Positions 22,038-33,020 of a stretch of 64,000 nt of DNA are shown piece after piece. Position numbers and translations under genes: made by a program. Origin of the DNA: Longimicrobiales bacterium (GTDB lineage Bacteria; Gemmatimonadota; Gemmatimonadetes; Longimicrobiales; Gaopeijiaceae); NCBI GenBank assembly GCA_965219445.1, contig CBDCNQ010000005.1, positions 384,001 through 448,000 of the forward strand. Direction: 5' to 3'. A model generated the notes under the pieces. The model saw only the letters and a list, made by a program, of their open reading frames with translations, searched no databases and was not told the origin of the DNA. Position 1 is the first letter of the stretch, and every line of letters begins with the position of its first letter.

Positions 22038-22891
22038 CTCGCGACGACATCCTGGAGGTGATCCAATACCGCAGGGCGATGTGGCACGCGGAGAGGACGC
22101 TGCGAGAGCTCCCGCTCTCCCTTCGGGTCATTCGCGAATCGCACCGGGTTCTTCTAGCGAGCGGCCGAGGCAAACAGCGCTCACCGGGCGTGTATCGGTG
22201 TCTCCAGAACTGGATCGGCCCGCCTGGTTGCCCCGTGGAAGAGGCCACGTTCGTTCCAATCGCCACGCAGAATCTGGTCGACGCCATGAGCGCTTGGGAA
22301 CGATACATGCACCGGGACGAACCCGATGGCTTGGTCCAACTTGCGATTCTACATGCCGAGTTCGAGGCCCTTCATCCGTTTCTGGACGGTAATGGCCGCA
22401 TGGGTCGCATGCTCGTGCCCCTCTTCATGTGGCAAAGAGAGCTGATTCGCCAACCGGCCTTCTACATCAGTGCCTATTTCGAAGCCAACCGGGACGCTTA
22501 CTACGAAGGGTTGCGATCCGTATCGCGCGACGACGACTGGAGCGGGTGGTGCGAATTCTTCCTCGAAGCCGTTCGGACGCAAGCGGAGGATAATCTGATG
22601 AAGACCGAGGCGATTCTTGGACTCTACGAAGAGATGAAGGACCGTGTCCTCGAGGTTACCAACTCACGGTATGCGATTCGGGTCCTCGACTCGATCTTCC
22701 AGCATCCAGTCTTCACGAGCGCCCAGTTCGTTAAAGGAACCGAATCGTCTTCGCCCACTGCGCGTCGGATTCTCGCACGCCTGTGTGACTCGACCGTACT
22801 GCATAAGATCGAGCCTGCGCGCGGTCGGCGGCCCGCTCTATTCGTATTCCCCCGCCTGCTCGACGTTGCGGAAGGTAGGAAGAACGGATGA
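22038..22891 (+). pseudogene. Fic-family protein, 5'-truncated by IS3
   Basis: HPFLDGNGRMGR Fic motif; the N-terminus of the ORF-track call lies inside the IS end. Confidence 0.85.
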
Positions 22892-23468
22892 CGGTCACGA
22901 ATGATCGCCAAGGTCTTTTGTCGCTCGTATTGCCGCCGATATGAGCGACAAGGTGTCTTGTCGGTCACGGGTGATCGATAACACGGAGATCCGCTCCCTG
23001 AGTTCGTCAATTCCGTCCTCTACCACGGTGACGCCCTTGGACAGTCCCGCCCCGCTTGGCCAACTTGTTCGTGACCGACGCCCTGACCAACAACGCCACC
23101 GGCGACGAGTTCATCGATCGCGCGCGGATGGCCTGCCAACGGACCCAATCACTGTCTGCAATTGTACGCTTATGGACTACAGCGCCCGAAAAGGACTGAT
23201 CCTGGGCGAGCCGTGCGCCGGAACCGACGGGCGTCAGCCCGGCTCCTGCTACTGCGCTGCGAGCGTACCCGTCCGTGTTCAGACCCGCAAGGCCCGTGCC
23301 CGAAACCGTCTCGGGAGGGATGGCCATGCGCTCCGTTAGAAGATAGGTAGCGGCTAGCTCCTGTACAGCGTGGCTTGAAGGTGGACGCCGCAAGGCTGAC
23401 CGCCGAAGCCGTCGGGCCACGTAGCTACCCCGAAATTTTCTTCTTCTCGCTATCAGGAGTGCGTTCAA

Positions 23469-23723
23469 ATGCGGTACCTCATAAGCTACGACCTCAACAA
23501 GCCCGGCAAGAACTACGATGCCCGCATCAACGCGATAACCGCGATGGGTGGCACGCGGGTCCTCTTGTCCCAGTGGGTCGTCCGGCGCAACGATACATCT
23601 GCGTCGGGCCTACGTGACCACTTCTGGACCTTCATGGACGCCAACGACCGACTCTTGGTCGTGTCCATCGACAACAGCGACTGGGCTGGCACGAACCTCA
23701 TGGTCAAAATCAGCAGCCTTTAA
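23469..23723 (+). CDS. Stand-alone Cas2/VapD-like small protein
   Basis: AGGAG RBS; MRYLISYDL...LLSQWVV...MDANDRLLVV fits the ferredoxin-fold Cas2-like pattern. Confidence 0.6.
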   Translation: MRYLISYDLNKPGKNYDARINAITAMGGTRVLLSQWVVRRNDTSASGLRDHFWTFMDANDRLLVVSIDNSDWAGTNLMVKISSL

Positions 23724-24009
23724 CGACTCGTGCAGGGCGGCCAAGAGTTGGCGTTCGTTGTTGGATACAGGCTCCACTTGAAGGCCGCCCTGCCACCAGA
23801 ATATCTTCATCGTTCTTTCTCCTATACCGTTAGTGGTATTTGATCGGTGGTAGCGGACTTCGTGCCGATTTTGGTTGGCGTGTGGAAACGTTTCTTGTCC
23901 TCCACGATCTCTTTGACCATGAGTAGCTGTACGCAGTCGTAGGCGACGTCTTCATATTCCCATTGCCCTGCTTGGGCTGCTGCGGCTTTCATGGCCTTGG
24001 AGGGCTCCT

Positions 24010-24660
24010 TGTTCGATATCGCGTGGCTCTTGGGAGAAGGAGTGGTTCGGCTCGACGTACACGACGACCGGCTTCAGCTCGCGGCACGCGAACTTCAGAA
24101 GCTGGAAGCCGAAGGATCTCAACCGCCTCCTATCAATTTTGGCGTCTATGCGCGGTCAGGAGACAAAGTCGTGACTGTCAGTACGCGCACACAGCTCGCG
24201 AGGCAGGCGCTCGAAAAGTCGCTTGAGGTGCGCGAGGAGTACGGCTATGACTTCCGGTCGCCTTTGTGCGTGTACGATCTCTCCGACTGTGCAGGCGTGA
24301 AAGTGCAGTTCGTCAATGACGTGAGCATGGAAGGCGTGTACGCTGCACTCGCCAAGCCGACGATCCTGCTCTCGTCTCTTCGCCCTCTCGCCCGCCGTGC
24401 CTTCACGTGCGCCCACGAACTTGGGCATCACGTCTTTGGGCATGGATCAACCATCGACGAGCTTAGAGACGGTTTCCAGAGCGGAATGTCCTCCTCAAAC
24501 GAGTTCCTTGCAGACACCTTCGCGGGCTTCATCCTGATGCCAGCCCAAGGCGTGAAGCGAGCCTTCTCCACGCGTGGGCTCGCTGCGACAACAGCGACGC
24601 CAGAGGACATCTACACGGTCGCATCGTCCTTTGGGGTCGGGTACGAAACGATCATCGGTG
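24010..24660 (+). pseudogene. XRE regulator tail plus ImmA/IrrE metallopeptidase, both truncated
   Basis: DIAWLLGE...LAARELQKL/KPKDLNRLLSILASM (frameshift), then from ~24171 FTCAHELGHH, EFLADTFAGFILMP, FGVGYE. Confidence 0.7.
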
Positions 24661-24775
24661 TCGTGCACGCTGGGAAACACGGTCAGTGTTGTTGCGCCAA
24701 TTCCCGCCCTTGCCGTGGCACATGGTGCGTGTCTGCCCTTGCCCGATTTCCTGTCTGTTCCTTCGGTGTTGTGGC

Positions 24776-25015
24776 TCAGGTGCCGTCGATGGTCAGCGAT
24801 ACGAAATTAGACTCGAAGAGCTTCTTGTCGTCCCGCACTTCGCACCGCTGAAGGCAGTAGAGTTTCCAGTACATCGCCCACGTAGGATGGTCGGGAGAAA
24901 AATGCTCAATGTTCAGCTCGAGTTCTTCTGCTCTCTGAGCAGTGATGACTTGTCCGTGAGTGCGATTGGACCGCGGATCCAGGAGCTCCTCAACGACGGC
25001 GGTGTATGGAACCGT
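24776..25015 (-). pseudogene. SDH/ClpP-class serine protease C-terminal fragment
   Basis: THGQVITAQRAEELELNIE...YWKLY...KLFES. Confidence 0.4.
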
Positions 25016-25168
25016 TGACGAGCCCTTCAAGAGATCCTCGTCCAAGGCACGAGTACGCGCCACAACACGACGGACCGTGTCCGATCTCGTGATCGTCGCG
25101 TCCACCGACCGGTAGTAACGCAGCACAAGTCCCGCAGCGGCTTGGAAGGCGTCATGTCCGACACGTGT

Positions 25169-26432
25169 TTACCGGGACCGGTCGGGACCTCCTCTCCGTG
25201 TATAAGCCTCTTCTGGATAGACGTAACCGGGATCCAGGGTGGTCCCGTCCTCTGGCATGATTCGCAGGAGGTTGTCCCGGGCCACTTTCTCTGCAGCGCC
25301 AGTGGTCAATCTCGATAGGAGCCGATCGTACCGGCGGACAGTATCCTCGTACCCTTCGTAGCGCCCAACCGCATCTGATCCAATCACGAAGTTGTCGGGG
25401 TATTGCTCGATCAATCCCGTCCACGCACTCAGGTCCTCTAGCACGTAGTCCTCGTATACCACCCAGGATAGGTCAATGTAGACGTGGTTTCTGTGAGTCG
25501 CGAGTACCGACGCCAGAACTACTGGAAGAGAATCGAACGACTATGCGACGGCTGATGCCGGCATGGCACCAGATGAAGGTCGTGTTGGAGAACTCGTTGA
25601 ACGCATGCAGCAGCTCCGGAAGATAGTCGGTGTCCCTCGCCTCTCCTTGCGGGGAGATGGGGGCAACGTTGTGGTGAATGCTCACAGGTAGACCGACTCG
25701 GCCAGCGAAGTCGAAGATGCGGAACAGTGCCGGGTGATCCGCGTGAGGACGCTCACCGGTCGTCAGGTTGGTCAAGTCATCGTGGCGAGACATCACCTCG
25801 CCGATTCCCTTGAACACACCGGGGAATTCCTTAATGCGCTTTACGATCATGTCCACCGCACCGAGGTCCGTCCCGTCGAATCCGGAGACAAACGGGAACA
25901 GCCGTTCGAGCTGAGCCGCCGCCCCGTGTACTCGGCGGTAGTCTTCGATCGCTAGTGCTAGGACATAATCAGTGTCTCGCGCTCGCACGACGCGGGAACT
26001 GCTATCCAGGTAATACGTTGGCCGGGAGGGGTCACCCACCGCCCATTTCTTGAGAAAGGGCATACCCGTGATGACCGCGTGGCTCACGTTGGCCTGGTCC
26101 ATGGCCCACAGCACCGCCTCGATACGCCGGCCCCGTTCGCCAGCGGGCAGAGTGTTGGCCGGAGAGCTGTAGACTAGCCTCCCATCGACGAGGTATTCGC
26201 CGTTCTGTAGAAAGTCCAGGATATGGAGGTGGGAGTCGGCCGTGAGGGGAACCTGCACCGTCGGACTCACAGGCACGGGCGCCGAGGGCCTGGGAGGGCC
26301 ATGCTGGGTTTGAGTTGCGCACGCCACCAACGTCGGCAACACCGTGACCATCAGTCCCACCGCGCGCAACGGACACGATTGAACTCCCTGGCCAGTGCCC
26401 AAAGCCAACCTACGTCCAGCAACTTCGATCAC
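25169..26432 (-). pseudogene. Amidohydrolase-superfamily protein, frameshifted near 25520
   Basis: DSHLH, GIGE, PVSIHH, WCHAG, then in the next frame VYIDLSW...FVIGSD; possible lipoprotein signal (LVAC). Confidence 0.75.
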
Positions 26433-26489
26433 GAGCCGACCTCCTAGCGTCGCTTCAGATTCGCCGCGAACACGGGAGAAAAGATAGCC

Positions 26490-26812
26490 ACCGTCCAGAG
26501 GGGAAAGATAGCGCGCCGCAAGCTGAGTCTGCTACAGCTGGCCCAGGAGTTCGGCAAGGTGAGCAAGGCGTGCAAGATCGTGGGCTACAACAGCCGGCAG
26601 CAGTTCTACGAGATCAGGAGGAACACGCTAAGCTTCCGTGCGGGCGGAAGTTGTTGTAGTCGGCCCGCCAGTGATCGAGGACCCGCTGGGCGTCCTCGAG
26701 ATCGATGAACCAGTGTTGCCGATAGGCACTCACGCCGAAGCAGCGAGTTGAACGCCTCGATATGGGCGTTGTCGGTCGGCTTGCCCGGTCGGCTGAAGGA
26801 GAGCCGTATTCG
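26490..26812. mobile_element. IS481 5' fragment (+) abutting IS3 integrase-core fragment (-)
   Basis: KIARRKLSLLQLAQEFGKVSKACKIVGY..RQQFYEIRRN; SRPGKPTDNAHIEAFNSLLRRECL...WRADYN..RPH. Confidence 0.75.
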
Positions 26813-27289
26813 GTTCCCAAGGGGTGTGGGGTGTGATGCGCCCTCCGAGTTCATCGTGGTTTGATCAGAGGTCTACGCTGAGGCCAGTGCGAAGATTGAA
26901 GTCACCGTTCGAGAGGCCCTCCGGTGGGCGTGAGCCCCGTCGCCACTCAAGTGAGACCGTCGCCCGGAGAGTATCTGTGAGCGGTATCGAACCGCTCAGC
27001 TCGTTCAGAACCCTGGCATCCCCCAAATCCGTCAGTTCAGGGGTCGTCATGTCGTTCTCCCGAAAGGTTCGGATGTTGTGAAAAAACGATTCCTAAACCC
27101 TTCCGGGAGCGGCGTGGCCACCGCCGCCGCGCCCGACTCTTAACGGTCGCGCGCCGGCGGCCTAACTGTCAGGTGATGACCGTATCAATACACCTTGGTC
27201 CTTACACCTTGGTCCTTTGGCGTCCCGGGCGTTCGCCCGGCGCACGCTTTGCTCTTGCTCCACGGGGAAGCGGTTGCGATAGTCGGGGC

Positions 27290-27679
27290 ATGGAGACGAG
27301 GGGATTCATCCGGCGCCGCGGTTTCTGGCTGCTCGCGCTGCTGTGGCTGCCGGCCGGTGTCATGGCGACTGCGGCGGTGCGCTTCGGACCGGGGACGGGA
27401 TCGGTGCCGCCCGGCATGTGGGTAATGGCGATGCTGATGTCGGGGGGAGGGCTGGTGTTCGTCGCGCCCTGCGGCCTGCCGCTGGCGCTGGGTTGCCGGC
27501 GGCTCTGGCATCTGGGCTACCGCCGCGGCGCCTGGTGGGCGGGCATCGGGCTCGGTGCTGTCACGGTGGCGGCGTCGCTGTTGGCGGGGCTGCTCGGGCC
27601 GCTGGCGATCGCGATCTATGCGGCCGTGATCAGCCTGCCGGTGTGGATCGCCTGGTGGTGGTTGGCGCGCCGGAGTTGA
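27290..27679 (+). CDS. Small four-TM membrane protein
   Basis: Hydrophobic 129-aa ORF with GC3-rich codons; similar to 8591-8980. Confidence 0.7.
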   Translation: METRGFIRRRGFWLLALLWLPAGVMATAAVRFGPGTGSVPPGMWVMAMLMSGGGLVFVAPCGLPLALGCRRLWHLGYRRGAWWAGIGLGAVTVAASLLAGLLGPLAIAIYAAVISLPVWIAWWWLARRS

Positions 27680-28135
27680 TAACCGACGACGGCTGCAGGC
27701 TGGCGGTCACGACCGACCTGCCCGAACGCGGATTCACCAGGAATTGGAAGTGAACGTTGCCATGGGTGACTGGTCCACGAGAATCCCGACATCCTGTTGG
27801 AGGCGCAGCGTAGCGCACGCGGCAGATGATCGAACGGCACAGTCCCAATAGCCGCGCTTTCCAGACTGATGCGCAGCCCCGACCTGCAAAAAGGGTTCAG
27901 GGTACTGCGTGATCGCAATAAGCTTGATATGACGTTCGAGAAGTTGATTGTTCGCCATGCCGAGCTCTGATGGTCGGCGACCGGATCGTGGGGGCAGTCG
28001 GGTGCAGTGGGGCCATGGGCTCTCAGGAATCAAGCGGCCTGCCAGGCGGGCGCGGATACGATGCAGTAGAAGTCAACGCCGAAAAGGTGGCTGTCCGGTA
28101 GCTGGGTCGTGCGTGGCTGCCCGAGCACCCGGCAC

Positions 28136-28261
28136 GCAGTGCAGTGATGATCTGCTCCGGAGTGTGTCGCTTCCTTCCCATCCTGACCTCCTCGCTGAAA
28201 AGCTTCACAGACCAGGTCGATCCTAACATTGCACCTGGTCTCGTTTCAGGGGGTCAGGTCA
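28136..28261 (-). mobile_element. IS3-family left-end remnant
   Basis: TGACCTGACCCCCTGAAACGAGACC followed by [16 protein letters not shown]. Confidence 0.8.
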
Positions 28262-28355
28262 CGGGTGCGATTATGGGGCAACTCTGGGGGCACAATACAG
28301 ATACCCCGAGCATATGAGCTTTTAGAAACAACGACTTACGGTCTTTTTATATAGG

Positions 28356-28440
28356 CGAGATCGACGCGGCGTCCCAGGTCGGAGAGTCCGGCGGCTCGGG
28401 CAATGGCGTAGAGGGAAGCCAGGACTGCCGCTGGGGCCAG
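28356..28440 (-). pseudogene. Upstream piece of the small membrane-protein gene split by island
   Basis: LAPAAVLASLYAIARAAGLSDLGRRVDL matches LALAAVLAAIYAVARAAGLADLGSRVDL of 46446-46760. Confidence 0.85.
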
Positions 28441-28444
28441 ATCC

Positions 28445-28670
28445 AGATCGAGGTTCTCCTCAGGCGCTCGGGGAGGAGCTCGAGCGTCCGCTGGCGGAGC
28501 CAGGTCCGCCTCTAGTACGTCGCTGGAACACTCGGGACATCGCCGTTTTGCCCGTTGTTGACACCGCATAATGCGGGCTCCTCAATATACGGGTATGGCG
28601 ATTTTGACGGCCCAGTGTTCCGACCGTCGGCGGGCGAGTTTGGCCGCTACGGCGGGAGAGCCAGGCTACC
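28445..28670 (-). repeat. ~200-bp res-like repeat, copy A
   Basis: Near-identical to 55523-55706 (inverted) and similar to 59144-59366. Confidence 0.85.
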
Positions 28671-28765
28671 CCTTGGGGCCACGCTTCGCGGGTCCCCGGC
28701 AGGGGCTGGCGGGGGGGGGGGGGGGGGGGGGGGGGGGCGTTCCCCGCCCCCCTCGACCCCCCTTC
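28655..28765 (+). other. Putative oriT region (copy 2) with poly-G tract
   Basis: CTACCC.TTGGGGCCACGCTTCGCGGGTCCCCGGCAGGGGCTGGCG shared with 53377-53422; G27 at 28711-28737. Confidence 0.5.
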
Positions 28766-28931
28766 GGGGGAGGCGGTTGGGGCACAAGCTGGAATGGACA
28801 CCTGTACCCTCCTATCTATTCGGACCTCTGCGGTCCCGTAAATCGTTACGGCACAACCGTTTGCGTTTCTGACCGTTCGGGACGGTTTCGGAGTTGCCCC
28901 TAACTCTGCCCCGATAAAGAGCGCACTACCT

Positions 28932-29066
28932 GCGGCCCAAGGAAACGAGACTGCGCGGAGCAACAAGGACGAAATCGAGCAGCGGATGACTCGTGAACAA
29001 ATCGCCGAGGCCCAACGGCTGTCCCGCGAGTGGATCGAGGCGCATCCCCAGGACGGGGGCAACTGA
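28932..29066 (+). pseudogene. Sel1-repeat protein C-terminal fragment
   Basis: AAQGNETARSNKDEIEQRMTREQIAEAQRLSREW. Confidence 0.7.
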
Positions 29067-29157
29067 CGGGCTCGCGCGCTACGCCCGCGGTCACCACATT
29101 AGCCGCGCCGCAGAATCGCCAGAGATGTTAGGCGGCATTCCGCTTACCCCAACGAGC

Positions 29158-29926
29158 ATGGAATTGCCCTCTGAACCCCCTGCTTCCCTGGCTTGTCCTT
29201 GCGTTCCTAGTCGTCGTCTTTGTACTGCTCTCGGTACTGCGCTCGGCTCGATCCAACTCCGGCGAGCGGATGGTTCAGGCCGTTACGGACGGACGACTCA
29301 ACGGAAGGACATACCGCTCGCTCCACGACCTGACACTGCCAACACTAGACGGCACCACGCAGATAGACCACGTCATTGTGTCAAACTTCGGGGTCTTTGT
29401 GATCGAAACGAAGGACCTTACGGGCTGGATCTTCGGAGATGAAAGATCGAGAAAATGGACCCAGTCCATCTATGGAAATAGGTACCAGTTCATGAATCCG
29501 CTCCGTCAGAACTATAAACACCAAAAGGCCGTGGAGAATCTCCTTGGCCTCGGGACTCGATGCGTTCATTCCGTGGTCGTATTCGTGGGAAACAGCGAGT
29601 TCAAGACGATGATGCCACCCAACGTCCTGGAGCTGCGAGAACTCGTCCCCTACATCAGGTCCAAGACCGACATCCTGCTTTCCGACAAGCAGGTTGAAGA
29701 TTTGGTCCGAACCCTTAAGATATCCCGTATTTCGAAGTTCGGAACTAGACGTAGGCATGTTCGCAACCTCAGAGAGAACCAGCGTAATCCCATCTGCCCA
29801 CGGTGCGGCAAGGCGATGGTACTACGAACTGCGAAGAGTGGACCGAACTCCGGCGGTCAGTTCTGGGGATGCTCCGGATATCCGCGGTGCAGGGTTACCA
29901 GACTGAACAGCGCACCTGATGGTTGA
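29158..29926 (+). CDS. NERD-domain nuclease with topoisomerase-type zinc ribbon (possible 5' frameshift)
   Basis: QIDHVIVS..GVFVIETK, NPLRQN, CPRCG...FWGCSGYPRC; an in-frame TM segment precedes ATG 29270 but ATG 29158 is out of frame. Confidence 0.8.
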
Positions 29927-30018
29927 ACGCAGTCGATCTCGGAGTGCACCCATGTCCGATCCAGTCACCCGCCCCAACGTGGCTCTTTCGCTAGGAGCGT
30001 CGGAGTAGACAGACCCCA

Positions 30019-31366
30019 ATGGGAGCAATTTCAGTGAGTAACGAGAGCAAGTGGAAGCGAGCACGGCTCATTCCGGTCGTAGGAATCAAAGGTGACCGGG
30101 AAGCTGAACAGCGGGCCACGTCTGCACTCCTTGCTGTGCTCTCCATCGTCCGCGACCTCTCCCACGAGCTGCTTACTCCGCTGGGAGCCTCTTCGGCAGG
30201 CAAAGCGACCGTGGATACGTACACTGAGGTTACGCTGGACTCGCACGGCAAGTCGGTGCGGCCCGACGGCGTCATTCGCGTGACCTACGGCAAACGGTCC
30301 TTCACCGCGCTTGTCGAGGTCAAGACTGGCGATAACAGGCTCGACAAGAATCAGATCAATGAATACTGGCAGTCAGCGCGACAGGCCGGATATGACCACA
30401 TAATTACGATTTCAAATGAGATCGCGCCGTCCGGCGCTCACCCAGTCGATGGACTACAAGTGCAGAAGAACTCACCGGTGCAGGTCAGCCACTTGTCGTG
30501 GATTCGCATCCTCGCGACCCTCTTCGACTCAAGAACCACACCGGTGTAGACGACCCAGAGCAGGCCTGGATTCTGGAGGAGCTTGTTCGGTATCTGCAGC
30601 ATGATGCGTCCGGGGTTCTTCCTTTGGCCGACATGGGTAGCTCCTGGACAGCGATCAGGGACGCTTCGCGTGCCGGCACCGTCAACCGCCGAACCGTAGG
30701 ACTGCAAGATGTAGCTCGGAAGATTGACGAGATGCACACGTTCGCGGCCCTAATGCTCTCGACCGAGATTGGGGAAGACGTCGATGTGATCCACCCCAAA
30801 GCAATCCGAGATCGACCGGCTCGCATCGACAGCTTCGTGAAGGCGATGATTGATGGAGATCCGGTCACTGGACGACTCCGTATCCCGCATACGGCCGGGG
30901 ACCTCTATACTGAGATTGACCTCAGGGCTCAGCAGATGACGGCTAGCGTCGAGGTGAAGGCGCCGGATGACAAGGGTGCAGAGGACGTATCGGATGGATT
31001 GTCAGCCAACTCGCCGATGCGGATGGGGAGGTGGTTGTCGAGGCGTATGCGAAGAACGCGCGAGTACCTACCTCCGCCACCCTCGACTCCGTCCGCGGGA
31101 AACGAGGCGTCCTTCTCGGTGGGAAGAGGGCGGAGCCGTATCGGTTCGTAATCAAGCGCCGTGTGGCGATGCCCCACGGTCGCAAGCCTACATCCCGCAA
31201 GCCGGGCTTCGTGGACGGATACATGGCGCTGCTTGCCGAATTTTATGAGGAGGTAGTGCAGGACCTCACCTCTTGGCAGCCATCTGCACCCATGAGGAAA
31301 GCGCCGGCCGAAGCAAAAGAGCTGGAGCCGACGTCAGACGACTGGGCTTGGTCGCCGACGGAGTAG
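30019..31366 (+). pseudogene. PD-(D/E)XK-like protein ('stress response protein' type), two frameshifts
   Basis: ARLIPVVGI...EQRATSALLAVL, RPDG...LVEVKTG; continues through ORFs 30498-31151 and 31031-31366. Confidence 0.6.
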
Positions 31367-31489
31367 GCGCTTCATCTGACGGCGTTTCCGAAGGATGGGG
31401 AGACAGCCCAGTGATCCTTGCTTTACTGGTGTTTGGCTTCGCGCTCCGGCTAACTGGCTATCAGCTTGAGAAGGTCAAGTGAGGTTGGG

Positions 31490-31971
31490 TCAATAGGTGT
31501 GTAAACGTATCAGGCGGCATTCTTCCTCTGTTGAGTTGAGACGGGCTTTCCGTCTTCGAACTTCCTTCCTTCAAACACGTCCTTGAGGAGGTGAGGACCA
31601 GCTCCTTCGTCCGCCTCGCGAACAACGGCAGCACCCGACTCTCGAACCGCTCCTCGACGCCCCGAACCCGAGGGCGTCGGAGTGTGATCGTGCCCGAGCT
31701 CATCGCCAACCGCCTCGGCAGAGTACAGATGGTGTGTAAACGTATCAGGCGGCATTCTTCCTCTGTTGAGTTGAGACGGGCTTTCCGTCTTCGAACTTCC
31801 TTCCTTCAAACACGTCCTTGAGGAGGTGAGGACCAGCTCCTTCGTCCGCCTCGCGAACAACGGCAGCACCCGACTCTCGAACCGCTCCTCGACGCCCCGA
31901 ACCCGAGGGCGTCGGAGTGTGATCGTGCCCGAGCTCATCGCCAACCGCCTCGGCAGAGTACAGATGGTGTG
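31490..31971 (-). mobile_element. Tandem 2 x 235-bp internally deleted IS256 remnant
   Basis: Exact repeat with period 235 (31496, 31731, 31966); GTITLRRPRVR..ERFESRVLP joined to the transposase C-terminus and TTTACACACCTATTGAC end. Confidence 0.75.
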
Positions 31972-32209
31972 AATCCCGGCAAGAATCATGATGGATCTGA
32001 TAAGTTACTGTGGTACCACGATATACATATGCTATCTCTTTGGTTGTCCCCTTTTCATACCCATTTTTAGGAACTGGATTCCAAACGACCCTAGCGGACC
32101 CTGACGGACACGTCGGCCACCCGATTGCCATCTTTGACGACTACGTACCCACCCGCTGGAGCCGAAGATCAAGCACTTGCGCTCGGTGTCGTCCACCACA
32201 GTAAAGCGC

Positions 32210-32359
32210 GGCTTCAATGAGATCCGTGATCTGCGCGATCACCTCGCCCACGCAAACTACTATGCCGAGACCCCCGAGGCCGCTCGTCAGGTCTGCCAGG
32301 TGGTCAGGAAGATTCGCCGCATCCAAGCGGACCTGCTTACAGGGATCGAAGATCAATAG
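32210..32359 (+). pseudogene. HEPN-like C-terminal fragment
   Basis: IRDLRDHLAHA carries an RxxxxH motif; no 5' part. Confidence 0.35.
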
Positions 32360-32476
32360 CTCCCCTCAAGGGGAGCCGCCGTGGAGACCTCATCGGCGGG
32401 AGGAGGTTGACGAAGGCCCTAATCTGCTATAATCACACCACGGTCTCAGCACATAAGTATCACGGAAGGGATAGCT

Positions 32477-32764
32477 ATGCCGCAGACATCCTCGAGGGAC
32501 ATTGATGAGAGTGCTCTAACGAAGGGCCACCTCCGCAAGCTGAACGCACTTCGCAAGTCCGTCGGCGAAGATATCGGCGAGCGGGCGTTCGCCGAGTGGC
32601 TCTCCCGGCCAGCAACCGCAAGGGCGAGCGACCGGAACGCCGAGTTGATCGCCGAAAGTCTTTGGTCCCTTGTTGAGCAAGGCAAGCTTGCGATTCGTTC
32701 TGGCGGCTATGTGGTCAAACGCGGGCGCGGGCGAATCATCGTCGAGCCAGCGAAAAAGACGTAG
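32477..32764 (+). CDS. Hypothetical small protein
   Basis: AAGGGA RBS; 95 aa, protein-like, basic C-terminus. Confidence 0.65.
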   Translation: MPQTSSRDIDESALTKGHLRKLNALRKSVGEDIGERAFAEWLSRPATARASDRNAELIAESLWSLVEQGKLAIRSGGYVVKRGRGRIIVEPAKKT

Positions 32765-32781
32765 ACGCCTAGCGCCAGCCG

Positions 32782-32930
32782 CTTCCCCGATCGAGGCATC
32801 CCCAAAGGGGGGGTCGCTCCCTTCTACGGCCGAAAGCTCCGGAGCGGCGTCGCAGCTCCGGCGGCCGTGCCGCAACTGCAAGACAGGCAGCCACATAAGG
32901 GAGCGCTGGCGCGCACATGAAAATGGCGTG
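32782..32930. repeat. Conserved ~150-bp non-coding element, copy 2
   Basis: Homologous to 16470-16622, same orientation. Confidence 0.65.
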
Positions 32931-33020
32931 TCGGCGAAGGAGCGAACCTTGCGGGAGGGCAGTTTGTCGATGGCCCCTGTCCTCTCTCATGGCGAACTGT
33001 CAGATGATTTCCGTCTCAGA

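Larger units (their letters stand above)
14822..28367. mobile_element. Integrated genomic island (~13.5 kb) with P4-type integrase
   Basis: Direct repeat CGAGATCGACGC at 14822-14833 and 28356-28367; AT-rich flanks and TGGGGCA arm-like motifs inside both ends; integrase next to left end; joined flanks restore an ORF. Confidence 0.85.

Noticed and set aside
27095..27190. Glycine- or fluoride-riboswitch-like words (CCACCG, AACTGTCAGGT, GATGACC)
   Set aside because: Key conserved motifs are missing and the downstream gene gives no support; needs an Rfam scan.
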